Source: a bacterium (GTDB lineage Bacteria; Cyanobacteriota; Vampirovibrionia; Gastranaerophilales; Gastranaerophilaceae). Taken from it: a stretch of 43,840 nucleotides of DNA. The stretch's first letter is position 1. Each line of letters starts with the position of its first letter. Made by a program: the position numbers and the translations under genes. The notes beneath the pieces are model-generated. The model did no database searches and had not been told where the DNA came from. It saw only the letters and a program-made list of their open reading frames with translations. Shown one piece after another: positions 28,224-36,243 of the stretch. The stretch covers positions 1-43,840 of the forward strand of contig JAFUPZ010000060.1 in assembly GCA_017472545.1 (NCBI GenBank). Direction: 5' to 3'.

Positions 28224-28440
28224 CCCCTGTCATTCTGAACGTGTGAAACACGTGAAGAATCCTTTGCAAGATTTGTTAGAGATCCTTCGGTGCGGCTCGC
28301 ATTAAACAGATGAGCTTTCGCTCTCATCCTCTGCTCGCCTTCCTCAGGATGACTGATACATTTACCCCCGTCATTCTGAGCGGAGCGAAGAATCTCATTA
28401 TTTGATGTGATTACTACACCACTATGAGGCTCGTTATGAC
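28224..28440. repeat. cluster A of nested GTCAT-type palindromic repeat units
   Basis: Units are gtcattctgaacgtgtgaaacacgtgaagaatcc (28229..28262), gagatccttcggtgcgg, cctcaggatgac, ccgtcattctgagcggagcgaagaatctc (28369..28397) and gtgattactacaccactatgaggctcgttatgac (28407..28440). All have close relatives in cluster B at 43035..43308. Confidence 0.7.
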
Positions 28441-28584
28441 ATTTATTATTTTAATTTTATCATAGTGCACTTAATACGCTCTCTCACCAGTAAATTTTTA
28501 TTAAAGCATATCCCTAAGGGTTGAAAACACATTACCCTTGTGATACTCTAGACTTGCTAAAATATAAAGAAAGAAGGCGATAAT

Positions 28585-30057
28585 ATGTCAGAAGTTAGAG
28601 TAAGAATTGCACCATCTCCAAGTGGCAACCTTCACGTTGGTACTGCGAGAACTGCTTTATTCAATTATTTATTTGCTAAAAAAAATAACGGTAAATTCGT
28701 TCTAAGAATTGAAGATACAGATGCTGAAAGAACTAGCCAAGAATATGTTGATAACATTTTTGACTCTCTTAAAGCTCTTGGACTTAACTGGGATGAAGGT
28801 CCAGATGTTGGCGGAAACTACGGCCCTTATACTCAATCTGAAAGATTCGATATTTATCCTAAATATATCCAAGAATTACTAGATAAAGGCTTCGCTTATG
28901 AATGCTTCTGCACTCCAGAAGAACTTGAAGCTGAAAAAGAAGAAGCTACAGCTAATAAAAAAGCTTACGTTTATTCTAAAAAATGCGAAAACTTAACAGA
29001 AGAAGAAAAAGCTAAATTAAGAGCAGAAGGCAGAAAACCTGCGATTAGATTCAATATTGCAAAAGCTCAAAAAGCTTTTCACGATTCTTCTATCCTAAAA
29101 TTTGACGACCTTGTAAAAGGTGAATTACAAATGGATACAGACCTTATCGGTGACTTTGTAATTATGAAATCTAACGGCGCACCAACTTACAACTACGCAG
29201 TTGTAATCGATGATGCTCTTATGAAAATCACACACGTTATTCGTGGTGAAGACCATATTTCAAATACTTACAAACAAATTCTAATCTTTGAAGCTCTTGG
29301 CTTTGATGTTCCAAGATTTGGTCACTTAGGTATGATTTTGGCTCCTGATAGAAGTAAACTTTCTAAACGTCACGGTGCTACAGCTGTTTCAGATTTCGTT
29401 GAACAAGGCTACTTAACAGAAGCGCTAGTAAACTTTGTAGCTCTTCTTGGTTGGGCTCCATCTGACGGAGAAGAAGTTAAACCTGTTGAAGCTATCGCTG
29501 CAGACTTTAGAATTGGCGAAATTTCTTCATCTAACTCTATCTTTGAATACGACAAACTAAAATGGATGAACAGCCATTACATCAAAATGTTACCTATGGA
29601 CACATTGAAAGAAATGTTGAAACCATATTTAACACAATATGATTTAACAGAGCTAACAGATGAACAATTCACAAAAATGGTTGAAATCACAAGAGAACCA
29701 TTAACATTGTTATCTGATATAACTGATGCTGTTCCTTACTTCTTCGGTCAAGATGTAGCAATCGACCCTGAAGTTCAAGCTAAAGTTTTAGACCTTGAAG
29801 ATTCTCAAAAAGTATTGAACGATTTTGTTGAAAAAGCTCAAACTTGGGATTGGACAGAAGAAAACCTACACAACAAACTTGAAGAATTCCGTGGAACTTG
29901 GAAAGAACAAGGCATAAAACCAAAAGCTACTATGTGGGCTATTAGAGCAGCTGTTTCTGGTAGAACTCGCGGAGCTGATATGATTGGTTTATTAGAAGTT
30001 CTTGGCAAAGAAAGAACTATCCACAGAGCAAAAAGAAGTTGCAAAGTTAGCAGATAA
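28585..30057 (+). CDS. gltX: glutamate--tRNA ligase
   Basis: 490 aa with the class I HIGH motif (PSGNLHVGTART) and KMSKS motif (KLSKRHG). RFAPSPSG-like N-terminus. Confidence 0.95.
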   Translation: MSEVRVRIAPSPSGNLHVGTARTALFNYLFAKKNNGKFVLRIEDTDAERTSQEYVDNIFDSLKALGLNWDEGPDVGGNYGPYTQSERFDIYPKYIQELLDKGFAYECFCTPEELEAEKEEATANKKAYVYSKKCENLTEEEKAKLRAEGRKPAIRFNIAKAQKAFHDSSILKFDDLVKGELQMDTDLIGDFVIMKSNGAPTYNYAVVIDDALMKITHVIRGEDHISNTYKQILIFEALGFDVPRFGHLGMILAPDRSKLSKRHGATAVSDFVEQGYLTEALVNFVALLGWAPSDGEEVKPVEAIAADFRIGEISSSNSIFEYDKLKWMNSHYIKMLPMDTLKEMLKPYLTQYDLTELTDEQFTKMVEITREPLTLLSDITDAVPYFFGQDVAIDPEVQAKVLDLEDSQKVLNDFVEKAQTWDWTEENLHNKLEEFRGTWKEQGIKPKATMWAIRAAVSGRTRGADMIGLLEVLGKERTIHRAKRSCKVSR

Positions 30058-30074
30058 TTTTATCGATTAAGAAC

Positions 30075-30108
30075 AAAAAAGACCTGATAAATTCAGGTCT
30101 TTTTTATT
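30075..30108 (+). terminator. Rho-independent terminator of gltX
   Basis: aaaaAAGACCTGAtaaatTCAGGTCTTttttatttg: a 9-bp stem followed by a T-run. Confidence 0.7.
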
Positions 30109-30141
30109 TGTAAACAAATGTAACAATAACCTCTAAAATCC

Positions 30142-30168
30142 TAAAGTTTAAAAAATTTATGCCGACAT
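30142..30168 (+). promoter_or_regulatory. sigma-28 (FliA/SigD)-type promoter
   Basis: TAAAGTTT (30142..30149), an 11-nt spacer, then GCCGACAT (30161..30168). It lies 45 nt upstream of ATG 30214. Confidence 0.6.
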
Positions 30169-30213
30169 ATTAGGTAACAAGTTACGAATAAAACAAACGA
30201 AAGAGGTCTAGAT

Positions 30214-30420
30214 ATGGAATTTACATTATTTGAACACAAAGAGAATGAGTTAAACGAAATCAACTCTTACATGATTCTTTCAAGAAGCGAAGCAGTTGCA
30301 GAAGCTGATTTGCAAAATGTTATCCAAATCATTGATGAATCAGGTATTGAAGTTAATTGTACTTACAACAAATTTGTTGAAATATTCGATCAGGAGGGCT
30401 TGGCAGGCTTTATTATTTAA
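30214..30420 (+). CDS. hypothetical small acidic protein (68 aa)
   Basis: AAGAGG RBS. The gene is bracketed by its own sigma-28-type promoter and its own terminator. No recognised family. Confidence 0.5.
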   Translation: MEFTLFEHKENELNEINSYMILSRSEAVAEADLQNVIQIIDESGIEVNCTYNKFVEIFDQEGLAGFII

Positions 30421-30441
30421 AACTAAATAGCTTTAAGTATG

Positions 30442-30473
30442 AAAAAAGACGAGGTTTATCCCTCGTCTTTTTG
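30442..30473 (+). terminator. Rho-independent terminator
   Basis: aaaAAGACGAGGtttatcCCTCGTCTTtttg. Confidence 0.7.
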
Positions 30474-30492
30474 TTTATGTTAATATAAGTTT

Positions 30493-31428
30493 ATGGCAGA
30501 TTTTAAACATTACACAGTTATGAAAAACGAAGCCGTTGATGCTCTAGAATGCAAAGACGGACTTATTTATGTCGATTGCACATTAGGCGGTGGAGGACAC
30601 AGCGAACTCATCCTAAAAAGAATTTCACCTAATGGGAAATTGATTTCTTTTGACATAGACCAAGACGCGATTGATGCAGCTTCTGAAAGATTGAAAGAAT
30701 ATAAAAATCTTACTATCGTCAAAAGTTCATACACAAACATCAAACAAGTTTTAAAAGATTTAGGAATCGAAAAAATCACAGGCGGTATTCTTTTTGATTT
30801 AGGCGCATCATACCATCAATTAACAAAACAGGAACGCGGATTTTCATTTTCTAAAGAAGCACCTTTGGATATGAGATTCAATATGGATTCAGATTTTTCA
30901 GCATACGATGTTGTAAATACATACAGCGAAAATGATTTGGTGAGAATTTTTTCTGAATACGGAGAAGAAAGATTTTCTAAAAGAATTGCAAAAGCTATAG
31001 TTGAAAAAAGACGTATAAAACCAATTAAAACAACAACCGAATTAGCAGAAATTATTGTCAATTCAACACCAAAGATAAAATCATCTATACACCCTGCTAC
31101 AAGGGTGTTTCAGGCTATCAGAATTGAAGTGAATTCTGAGTTACAAAATGTTAAAAACACATTGAACGATGTATTGGAATTATTAGAATTTGGTGCTATA
31201 ATTAGTGTAATAAGTTTTCATTCGCTTGAAGACAGAGTAGTCAAACAGGTTTTTAAATACCACTCAACAAAATGCCACTGCGATAAGACCCAAATGATTT
31301 GTAATTGTCCGCCTCCGGCACTTGAGTTGATTAATAAAAAACCAATTATGGCAACAGAAGAAGAATTGAATGAAAACCCACCTTCTAGAAGTGCAAAACT
31401 AAGAATCGCGCGCTACATAAGAAGGTAA
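30493..31428 (+). CDS. rsmH: 16S rRNA (cytosine1402-N4)-methyltransferase
   Basis: 311 aa with HYTVMKNEAV, DCTLGGGGHS, DLGASYHQL, SFHSLEDRVVK and PSRSAKLR motifs. Confidence 0.9.
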   Translation: MADFKHYTVMKNEAVDALECKDGLIYVDCTLGGGGHSELILKRISPNGKLISFDIDQDAIDAASERLKEYKNLTIVKSSYTNIKQVLKDLGIEKITGGILFDLGASYHQLTKQERGFSFSKEAPLDMRFNMDSDFSAYDVVNTYSENDLVRIFSEYGEERFSKRIAKAIVEKRRIKPIKTTTELAEIIVNSTPKIKSSIHPATRVFQAIRIEVNSELQNVKNTLNDVLELLEFGAIISVISFHSLEDRVVKQVFKYHSTKCHCDKTQMICNCPPPALELINKKPIMATEEELNENPPSRSAKLRIARYIRR

Positions 31429-31465
31429 ACCGAGTAGTAGAGTTTATTGGCAGGTAGTTTAGGGA

Positions 31466-31942
31466 ATGAATTTAAATTCATCAAGAGTAAGAATAGAAGA
31501 GCGTGAACTACTTTACAAACAAAGCAGTTATACAACCACTCCAATAAAAGAAAATGCTGTTATTGAAGGTTCTTTCTATCAAGAAAAACCAATGACAGTT
31601 AGAGAAATGGTAACTCGCAGAATCAACAAATCTCTATGCTTCTGTCTTGTTATTGCAATTTGCATTACTTTTGTTAGCTACTACATCGCTATGAACTATG
31701 AGGCAAAACTTAACAGTCTTGATAACGAGATTGTTAGACTTAATGCTGAAAACCAAGATTTACAAGCTGAATTAGACAGATACAAATCGTTTAATAACGT
31801 AGATAATAAAATTGGCGCTTTTAATCTATTACAAAAAGCAGATAAAGTTATTGAAGTGACAGCTCTTAATGCTGCAAATAAAGAAGTTGAAGATACAGCA
31901 AGAACTGCTTCTAATAACTTTGATTGGGCTATAGGTTATTAA
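31466..31942 (+). CDS. FtsL/DivIC-like septation protein (single TM plus coiled coil)
   Basis: 158 aa with a TM helix (LCFCLVIAICITFVSYYIAMNY) followed by a leucine-zipper-like stretch (LNSLDNEIVRLNAENQDLQAELDRY). It occupies the position immediately after rsmH, as ftsL does in dcw clusters. Confidence 0.5.
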   Translation: MNLNSSRVRIEERELLYKQSSYTTTPIKENAVIEGSFYQEKPMTVREMVTRRINKSLCFCLVIAICITFVSYYIAMNYEAKLNSLDNEIVRLNAENQDLQAELDRYKSFNNVDNKIGAFNLLQKADKVIEVTALNAANKEVEDTARTASNNFDWAIGY

Positions 31943-32047
31943 TTCTTTTAAATTGCCAAACATACTCCTCTAACGAAAGTTAGAGATATTTTGCATTAGT
32001 ATTGTTAAGAAATATCTCATACTTTAGTATGAATTTTATAAAATAAT

Positions 32048-32074
32048 TAAAGTTTTGAAAATTTATGCCGTCAT
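32048..32074 (+). promoter_or_regulatory. sigma-28 (FliA/SigD)-type promoter
   Basis: TAAAGTTT (32048..32055), an 11-nt spacer, then GCCGTCAT (32067..32074). It lies 35 nt upstream of ATG 32110. Confidence 0.6.
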
Positions 32075-32109
32075 ACATATAGAAGGCATGTTTTTTAAAA
32101 GGAAAAATT

Positions 32110-33348
32110 ATGGATAAAGAAGAGAAAAAACAAGTAGGTGTCTCACTTTTCGGACAATCTGAATTTTTGGTAGGAGATGATCCGTTAGAGGAAATGTTTG
32201 CCCTAAACTTAGGTGATTTTATATCTGAAACATTGATTTCAGAAGATTTAGCTAAGAAAATTAGTGTAAAAGCAAACAAAAAAGAACGTCTTCAAAATCA
32301 ATTAAAGGAATTGACAGACATTTACTCTTCAAAAAATACATTATGCGTCTTAAACTTTACTTCAGGTGAAGAACAGGCTATCTATACATCTATCGCAAAA
32401 TCTATTGTACAAATGCTAGAGGTAGAAGATTGCAAAATTCACCTAATAAAAGATGATAAAATTGTTCCAGTTGGACTATCTTCAGATAGCGAAAGCTGGA
32501 ACGACATAACCATCAATGACTTGCTATATCAAGAAGTAATCGAAAAAGATCCATACACATACATTCCAATGAGAAGTTCTACAATGCCTGTTGGTATGAT
32601 TGAAATCAAAAGTGAAGAAAAACTTGAAGAAGATTTCTCAGAACTTGTAATGAATATTGCAAACTTACTTGGAACAACAATAACATTACAAAACGAAGTT
32701 GAAAATACTAACAAGTTAATTGAAACTCCTGAAACTTCAGAAGTTGAATTAAAACAAGCAAGAGCAGAACTAACAGCATTAATCGGTGACTTATGTGATT
32801 ATCAACAAAACTTTGTAGAAGCATTAGCAAATGCGGTTGACAGAAAGGGTCAATACACAGTTTCACATTCTAGAAATACTGCAAAACTTGCTCGAAGCAT
32901 CTGTAAACAATTAGGCCTAAACGAAAAAACAACCGACCTAATCTACTATGCTGGCTTATTGCAAAACATTGGTAAAATCACTCTTCCTGAAAAGATTTTC
33001 GCAACAAACGGAAAACTTTCTCCTGAAGAATTACAAAAAATCAAAAACCACACAAATGTTGGGGTTAACTTACTTATGAATATTAACTTCTTATCAGAAG
33101 TTGTACCATACATTACATATCAAACAGAAAGAGTTGATGGTTCAGGTGGACCAGAAGGATTGAAAGGTCAGTCAATTCCATTCGGTTCAAGAATTATCGC
33201 TGTAGCTGATGCCTTTTGTGCAATGACTTCTGATAGACCATACAGAAAAGCTATGGAAAATGCAAAAGCATTAGAAATTATCTCATCTGAAATCGATACA
33301 AAATGGGATAAAGATGTAGTTAACGCATTACACCAAGTAATCAAATAA
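32110..33348 (+). CDS. HD-GYP-domain protein with degenerate catalytic motifs and an N-terminal sensor-like region
   Basis: 412 aa. The C-terminal half aligns by eye with HD-GYP domains (SHSRNTAKLA.., GKITLPEKI, ERVDGSGGPEGLKGQSIPFGSRIIAVADAFCAMTSDRPYRKAM). However, HD is QN (32962..32967), HHE is QTE, and GYP is GGP. Confidence 0.8.
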   Translation: MDKEEKKQVGVSLFGQSEFLVGDDPLEEMFALNLGDFISETLISEDLAKKISVKANKKERLQNQLKELTDIYSSKNTLCVLNFTSGEEQAIYTSIAKSIVQMLEVEDCKIHLIKDDKIVPVGLSSDSESWNDITINDLLYQEVIEKDPYTYIPMRSSTMPVGMIEIKSEEKLEEDFSELVMNIANLLGTTITLQNEVENTNKLIETPETSEVELKQARAELTALIGDLCDYQQNFVEALANAVDRKGQYTVSHSRNTAKLARSICKQLGLNEKTTDLIYYAGLLQNIGKITLPEKIFATNGKLSPEELQKIKNHTNVGVNLLMNINFLSEVVPYITYQTERVDGSGGPEGLKGQSIPFGSRIIAVADAFCAMTSDRPYRKAMENAKALEIISSEIDTKWDKDVVNALHQVIK

Positions 33349-33369
33349 TAATTTAATTCCATATATAAA

Positions 33370-33403
33370 AGATCCGGCTGAGCATCTGCTCAGCCGGTTT
33401 AGA
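33370..33403. terminator. bidirectional terminator between convergent genes
   Basis: aaaagatCCGGCTGAGCatctGCTCAGCCGGttt: a 10-bp GC-rich perfect stem. Confidence 0.7.
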
Positions 33404-33412
33404 TTTATATAC

Positions 33413-34498
33413 TTATTTTGTTTCTATGAACTCAACATTTGGTGAATATTCAGATTTTGAATCTGACAAATTCAATTTACTAACGATACTTGCACGTTTT
33501 TTGCGGAACAACATATCTACAAATGCTTCAATTCTTGTTACAAAACCCGCTTCTCCAGTTTGTTCATCGATTGTTAAATTTAATAATGGTTTATTAAATT
33601 GTTTAGCACGACGAGTAATACGTTCAACCATCAATGAATCAGGTCCACAACCAAATGCGGTAATTGTTATAACACCATCAACTTTTGAATCTTTTAAATA
33701 ATGACCTGCTGTTCCTGTCATTTCATCTTCATTTGCCCAGTATTTTTCGTTTCCTAAACTTGAAATACCTTCATCCAATTGTTCATCGGATAATTGCAAT
33801 GATGTATAAACTTGAACATCCATTTTTTCAAGCTTATCAATAACCTTCATACAAACACGCTCGTCATAAATATTATATCCGTGACCTACTAACGCGATTG
33901 AAATAGGATATTCTTTAGATTTATTTCCAATAACAACTTTACCTTGCAACGCATAACTCAAAGCTTTTGAATATGGCATACCTGATTTTGACATAACGTG
34001 GAAATTGTTATAACATCTCCAACCAGCTTTTGAGGCTTTTTTAATTAAATTCATATCAGTAATACCAAAAGGTTTTACGCATTCAGCTAAAAATTCATAC
34101 AAACCTTGATTCTTTTCAGATTTATCAAGAGTTGCTTCAATCATTGTGAAAGGTTGTTTAATAACGTTTCTAACTAAATCAGGCAAACCTCTAATTTTTG
34201 AACAATTATAGATTTTATGATCAATTGACTGTAAAGATGGAACAAAAATTTTATCCACACCTTTATTTAATAAGTTCAAAATATGACCAATATAAACTTT
34301 TATTGGCAAACAAGTTTCAGTAACAACTAACGCTGCACCTTCTGACATTGTCTGTTTTGTAGTAACATCTGACAATATAATTTTTATTCCAAGATCTGTA
34401 AAAAATCCATAATAGAACGGGTAATTGTTATAAAACGACATCGCTCTAGGAATACCAATAACTTTTTCTTCACTCATATTTTGTGTCATGTCATTCAT
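33413..34498 (-). CDS. acyl-CoA dehydratase activase-related protein (DUF2229-like)
   Basis: 361 aa. N-terminus IGIPRAMSFYNNYPFYYGFFTDLGIKIILS..TCLPIKVYIGH resembles, from memory, the conserved DUF2229 / CoA-enzyme-activase accessory domain. No BcrA-type ATPase domain is present. Confidence 0.5.
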   Translation of the reverse strand: MNDMTQNMSEEKVIGIPRAMSFYNNYPFYYGFFTDLGIKIILSDVTTKQTMSEGAALVVTETCLPIKVYIGHILNLLNKGVDKIFVPSLQSIDHKIYNCSKIRGLPDLVRNVIKQPFTMIEATLDKSEKNQGLYEFLAECVKPFGITDMNLIKKASKAGWRCYNNFHVMSKSGMPYSKALSYALQGKVVIGNKSKEYPISIALVGHGYNIYDERVCMKVIDKLEKMDVQVYTSLQLSDEQLDEGISSLGNEKYWANEDEMTGTAGHYLKDSKVDGVITITAFGCGPDSLMVERITRRAKQFNKPLLNLTIDEQTGEAGFVTRIEAFVDMLFRKKRASIVSKLNLSDSKSEYSPNVEFIETK

Positions 34499-34562
34499 CC
34501 CTAATTGTAAATTCTATATATATAATAGCCTAAAAAAATATTTTTTGATAGGCAATATGATT

Positions 34563-36221
34563 TTATTTTACATTTTGAATAAATAAGAAGAATTTGTTCA
34601 ACAATAATGGAATATATTTTGCATCCAAAGAGCTAAAATCAAAAACGAATTCATTTATTCCAGCATTGTATAATTCTTCAATATTCGAAAAATCATCCAT
34701 TATAGAATCTTCAAATAAATGCATTCTGCAAAAACCATCACAAACAAACGGAAGCATTTTCTTTAAAGATGGATCTTTTAGTGCATATTGCCCATTATAG
34801 CAAGGTGCCGCACAAGATAATCTTGAAACAATCGCACTGTCATTATTTAGCGGACATAAACCCATTGACGAAACTCTTATATTACCTGCTATAGTGTATT
34901 TCTTATTCGGAATATCATTTTTTACTTTTTTCAAGGTTTTTAGGGTAGAGGCATAATCTTTAAATGACGTAAAATCAATTGTATCAATATTAGCCAAACC
35001 ATTCAGACATTTTATTGACATACTATTTAAAAGATTTATACCTTGACCTATTTCAAATGGAATATGATTAATTTCAGGATCATTAATAAACGCCCAAAAA
35101 TAACCAATATTATTGATAATCAACGAATCAGGTTTCGGATTAGCCAACAACAAGTTCTTTTCATATTCGTACACCCTGTCAAAATCTCGCTCAATCAATA
35201 TACTAGGAGTAGATAATTGAAATTTTATTCCATATTTATGACAGAATTTTTTAACTTTAGTAATAACTTCAGAAAAACTACTAGTTGCCAAATCACAAGT
35301 CGAAACAATTTCCCCATATTCTATTGAATATATAGGACTAAAACCTAATTTTTTAATATACTTTTCCAACTCTTTAATTTGAGCTAAAGAAGTTAAACGT
35401 AAATTTATACGATATTTGTAATCAGGATTACCTGCTTGTGGAGAAACTTTTTCAATGTCGTTTACCCCCCAATCAAATCGCGAAATATTACGACTAAACT
35501 TAAAATCTTTACCTTCTGCACTAACCATATCCCCTGAAAAATGGTTAGTCATATAAAAACTTTTTCTTACGTGTTTAAACGGTAATTTTTGTTTCTTAAA
35601 CAACTTTGGCTTATCTAAAATATTTTCAATAAGTTCAATACCTTCTAAAATATCATCAGAAGTTTGGAATTTACCTTTAATAACCACACTATCAATCGCC
35701 TTCAATTTAATAATATCTTCCGCACACCAAGGTAAATTATCCGAATCAATTGCTAGAGGAAGCTTTGTAAATTTTTTAATTTTTGCAATATTTTTTAAAT
35801 AAATTTCTTCTGTTATGATAATCCCATTAACTTTGTGGAAACTATTTATAAAATCAATTCCTGAAAGATTATGAATATCAAAATAAGAATCTACAATCAC
35901 TCTAAAAGGTAGCTTAAAAACCTTAATAGCCTCTAATATTGCAAAACTATTTATAAAAATTCCATCAATCTCAGAAGTTTTCAAATACTTCAAAAACTTT
36001 TTAATTTCTGCTAAATCTTCCTCAATAATATCGTGTTTAAAATTGACAAAAATTCTAGAATCTGAGTCTTTTGCAGCTTTCACAAACTCAGAAATATACT
36101 CAAAGTTCCCATCCAAGAACTTTGTATAATAGACATAATAATCTCTACAGCGAGTTAATTTTGAAAACCTTAGGATGTCTTCTGGTTTCTTGACCGGTGA
36201 AATGATTCTTATCTCTTTCAT
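34563..36221 (-). CDS. hypothetical protein, possibly peptidase-U32-family-like (duplicated TIM-barrel-like halves, Cys-rich C-terminal region)
   Basis: 552 aa. Two segments resemble the U32 core (DGIFINSFAILEAIK..VDSYFDIHN and DSLIINNIGYFWAFIN..GQGINLLNS). The C-terminal Cys cluster is GLCPLNN..SCAAPCYNGQYALKD..FVCDGFCRMH. The assignment is by eye only. Confidence 0.35.
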   Translation of the reverse strand: MKEIRIISPVKKPEDILRFSKLTRCRDYYVYYTKFLDGNFEYISEFVKAAKDSDSRIFVNFKHDIIEEDLAEIKKFLKYLKTSEIDGIFINSFAILEAIKVFKLPFRVIVDSYFDIHNLSGIDFINSFHKVNGIIITEEIYLKNIAKIKKFTKLPLAIDSDNLPWCAEDIIKLKAIDSVVIKGKFQTSDDILEGIELIENILDKPKLFKKQKLPFKHVRKSFYMTNHFSGDMVSAEGKDFKFSRNISRFDWGVNDIEKVSPQAGNPDYKYRINLRLTSLAQIKELEKYIKKLGFSPIYSIEYGEIVSTCDLATSSFSEVITKVKKFCHKYGIKFQLSTPSILIERDFDRVYEYEKNLLLANPKPDSLIINNIGYFWAFINDPEINHIPFEIGQGINLLNSMSIKCLNGLANIDTIDFTSFKDYASTLKTLKKVKNDIPNKKYTIAGNIRVSSMGLCPLNNDSAIVSRLSCAAPCYNGQYALKDPSLKKMLPFVCDGFCRMHLFEDSIMDDFSNIEELYNAGINEFVFDFSSLDAKYIPLLLNKFFLFIQNVK

Positions 36222-36243
36222 AGAAGAATTATAACATAATTAA

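Noticed and set aside
28118-28327. 69-aa minus-strand ORF in the track, located between the FAD oxidase and gltX
   Set aside because: Most of it is a translation of the GTCAT-type palindromic repeat units (28224 onward). It has no RBS and overlaps the oxidase stop. Only the last 28 codons (MTPQQRAAYGGKYYNTSRTAKSGSLRQY) lie outside the repeats, and I have no evidence that they are expressed.
28224-28440. Possible CRISPR array (also considered for 43035..43308)
   Set aside because: The repeats are heterogeneous palindromic modules in both orientations. They lack regular repeat-spacer periodicity, and no cas genes are in the window.
28441-28584. T-box or other riboswitch leader upstream of gltX
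   Set aside because: I could not find a specifier-loop/T-box (AGGGUGGNACCGCG-like) sequence or a terminator/antiterminator pair. The region contains only an AT-rich promoter-like sequence and an RBS.
31980-32279. 99-aa minus-strand ORF
   Set aside because: It is antisense to the sigma-28-type promoter and to the 5' end of the HD-GYP gene. It has no RBS and an AT-rich spurious composition.
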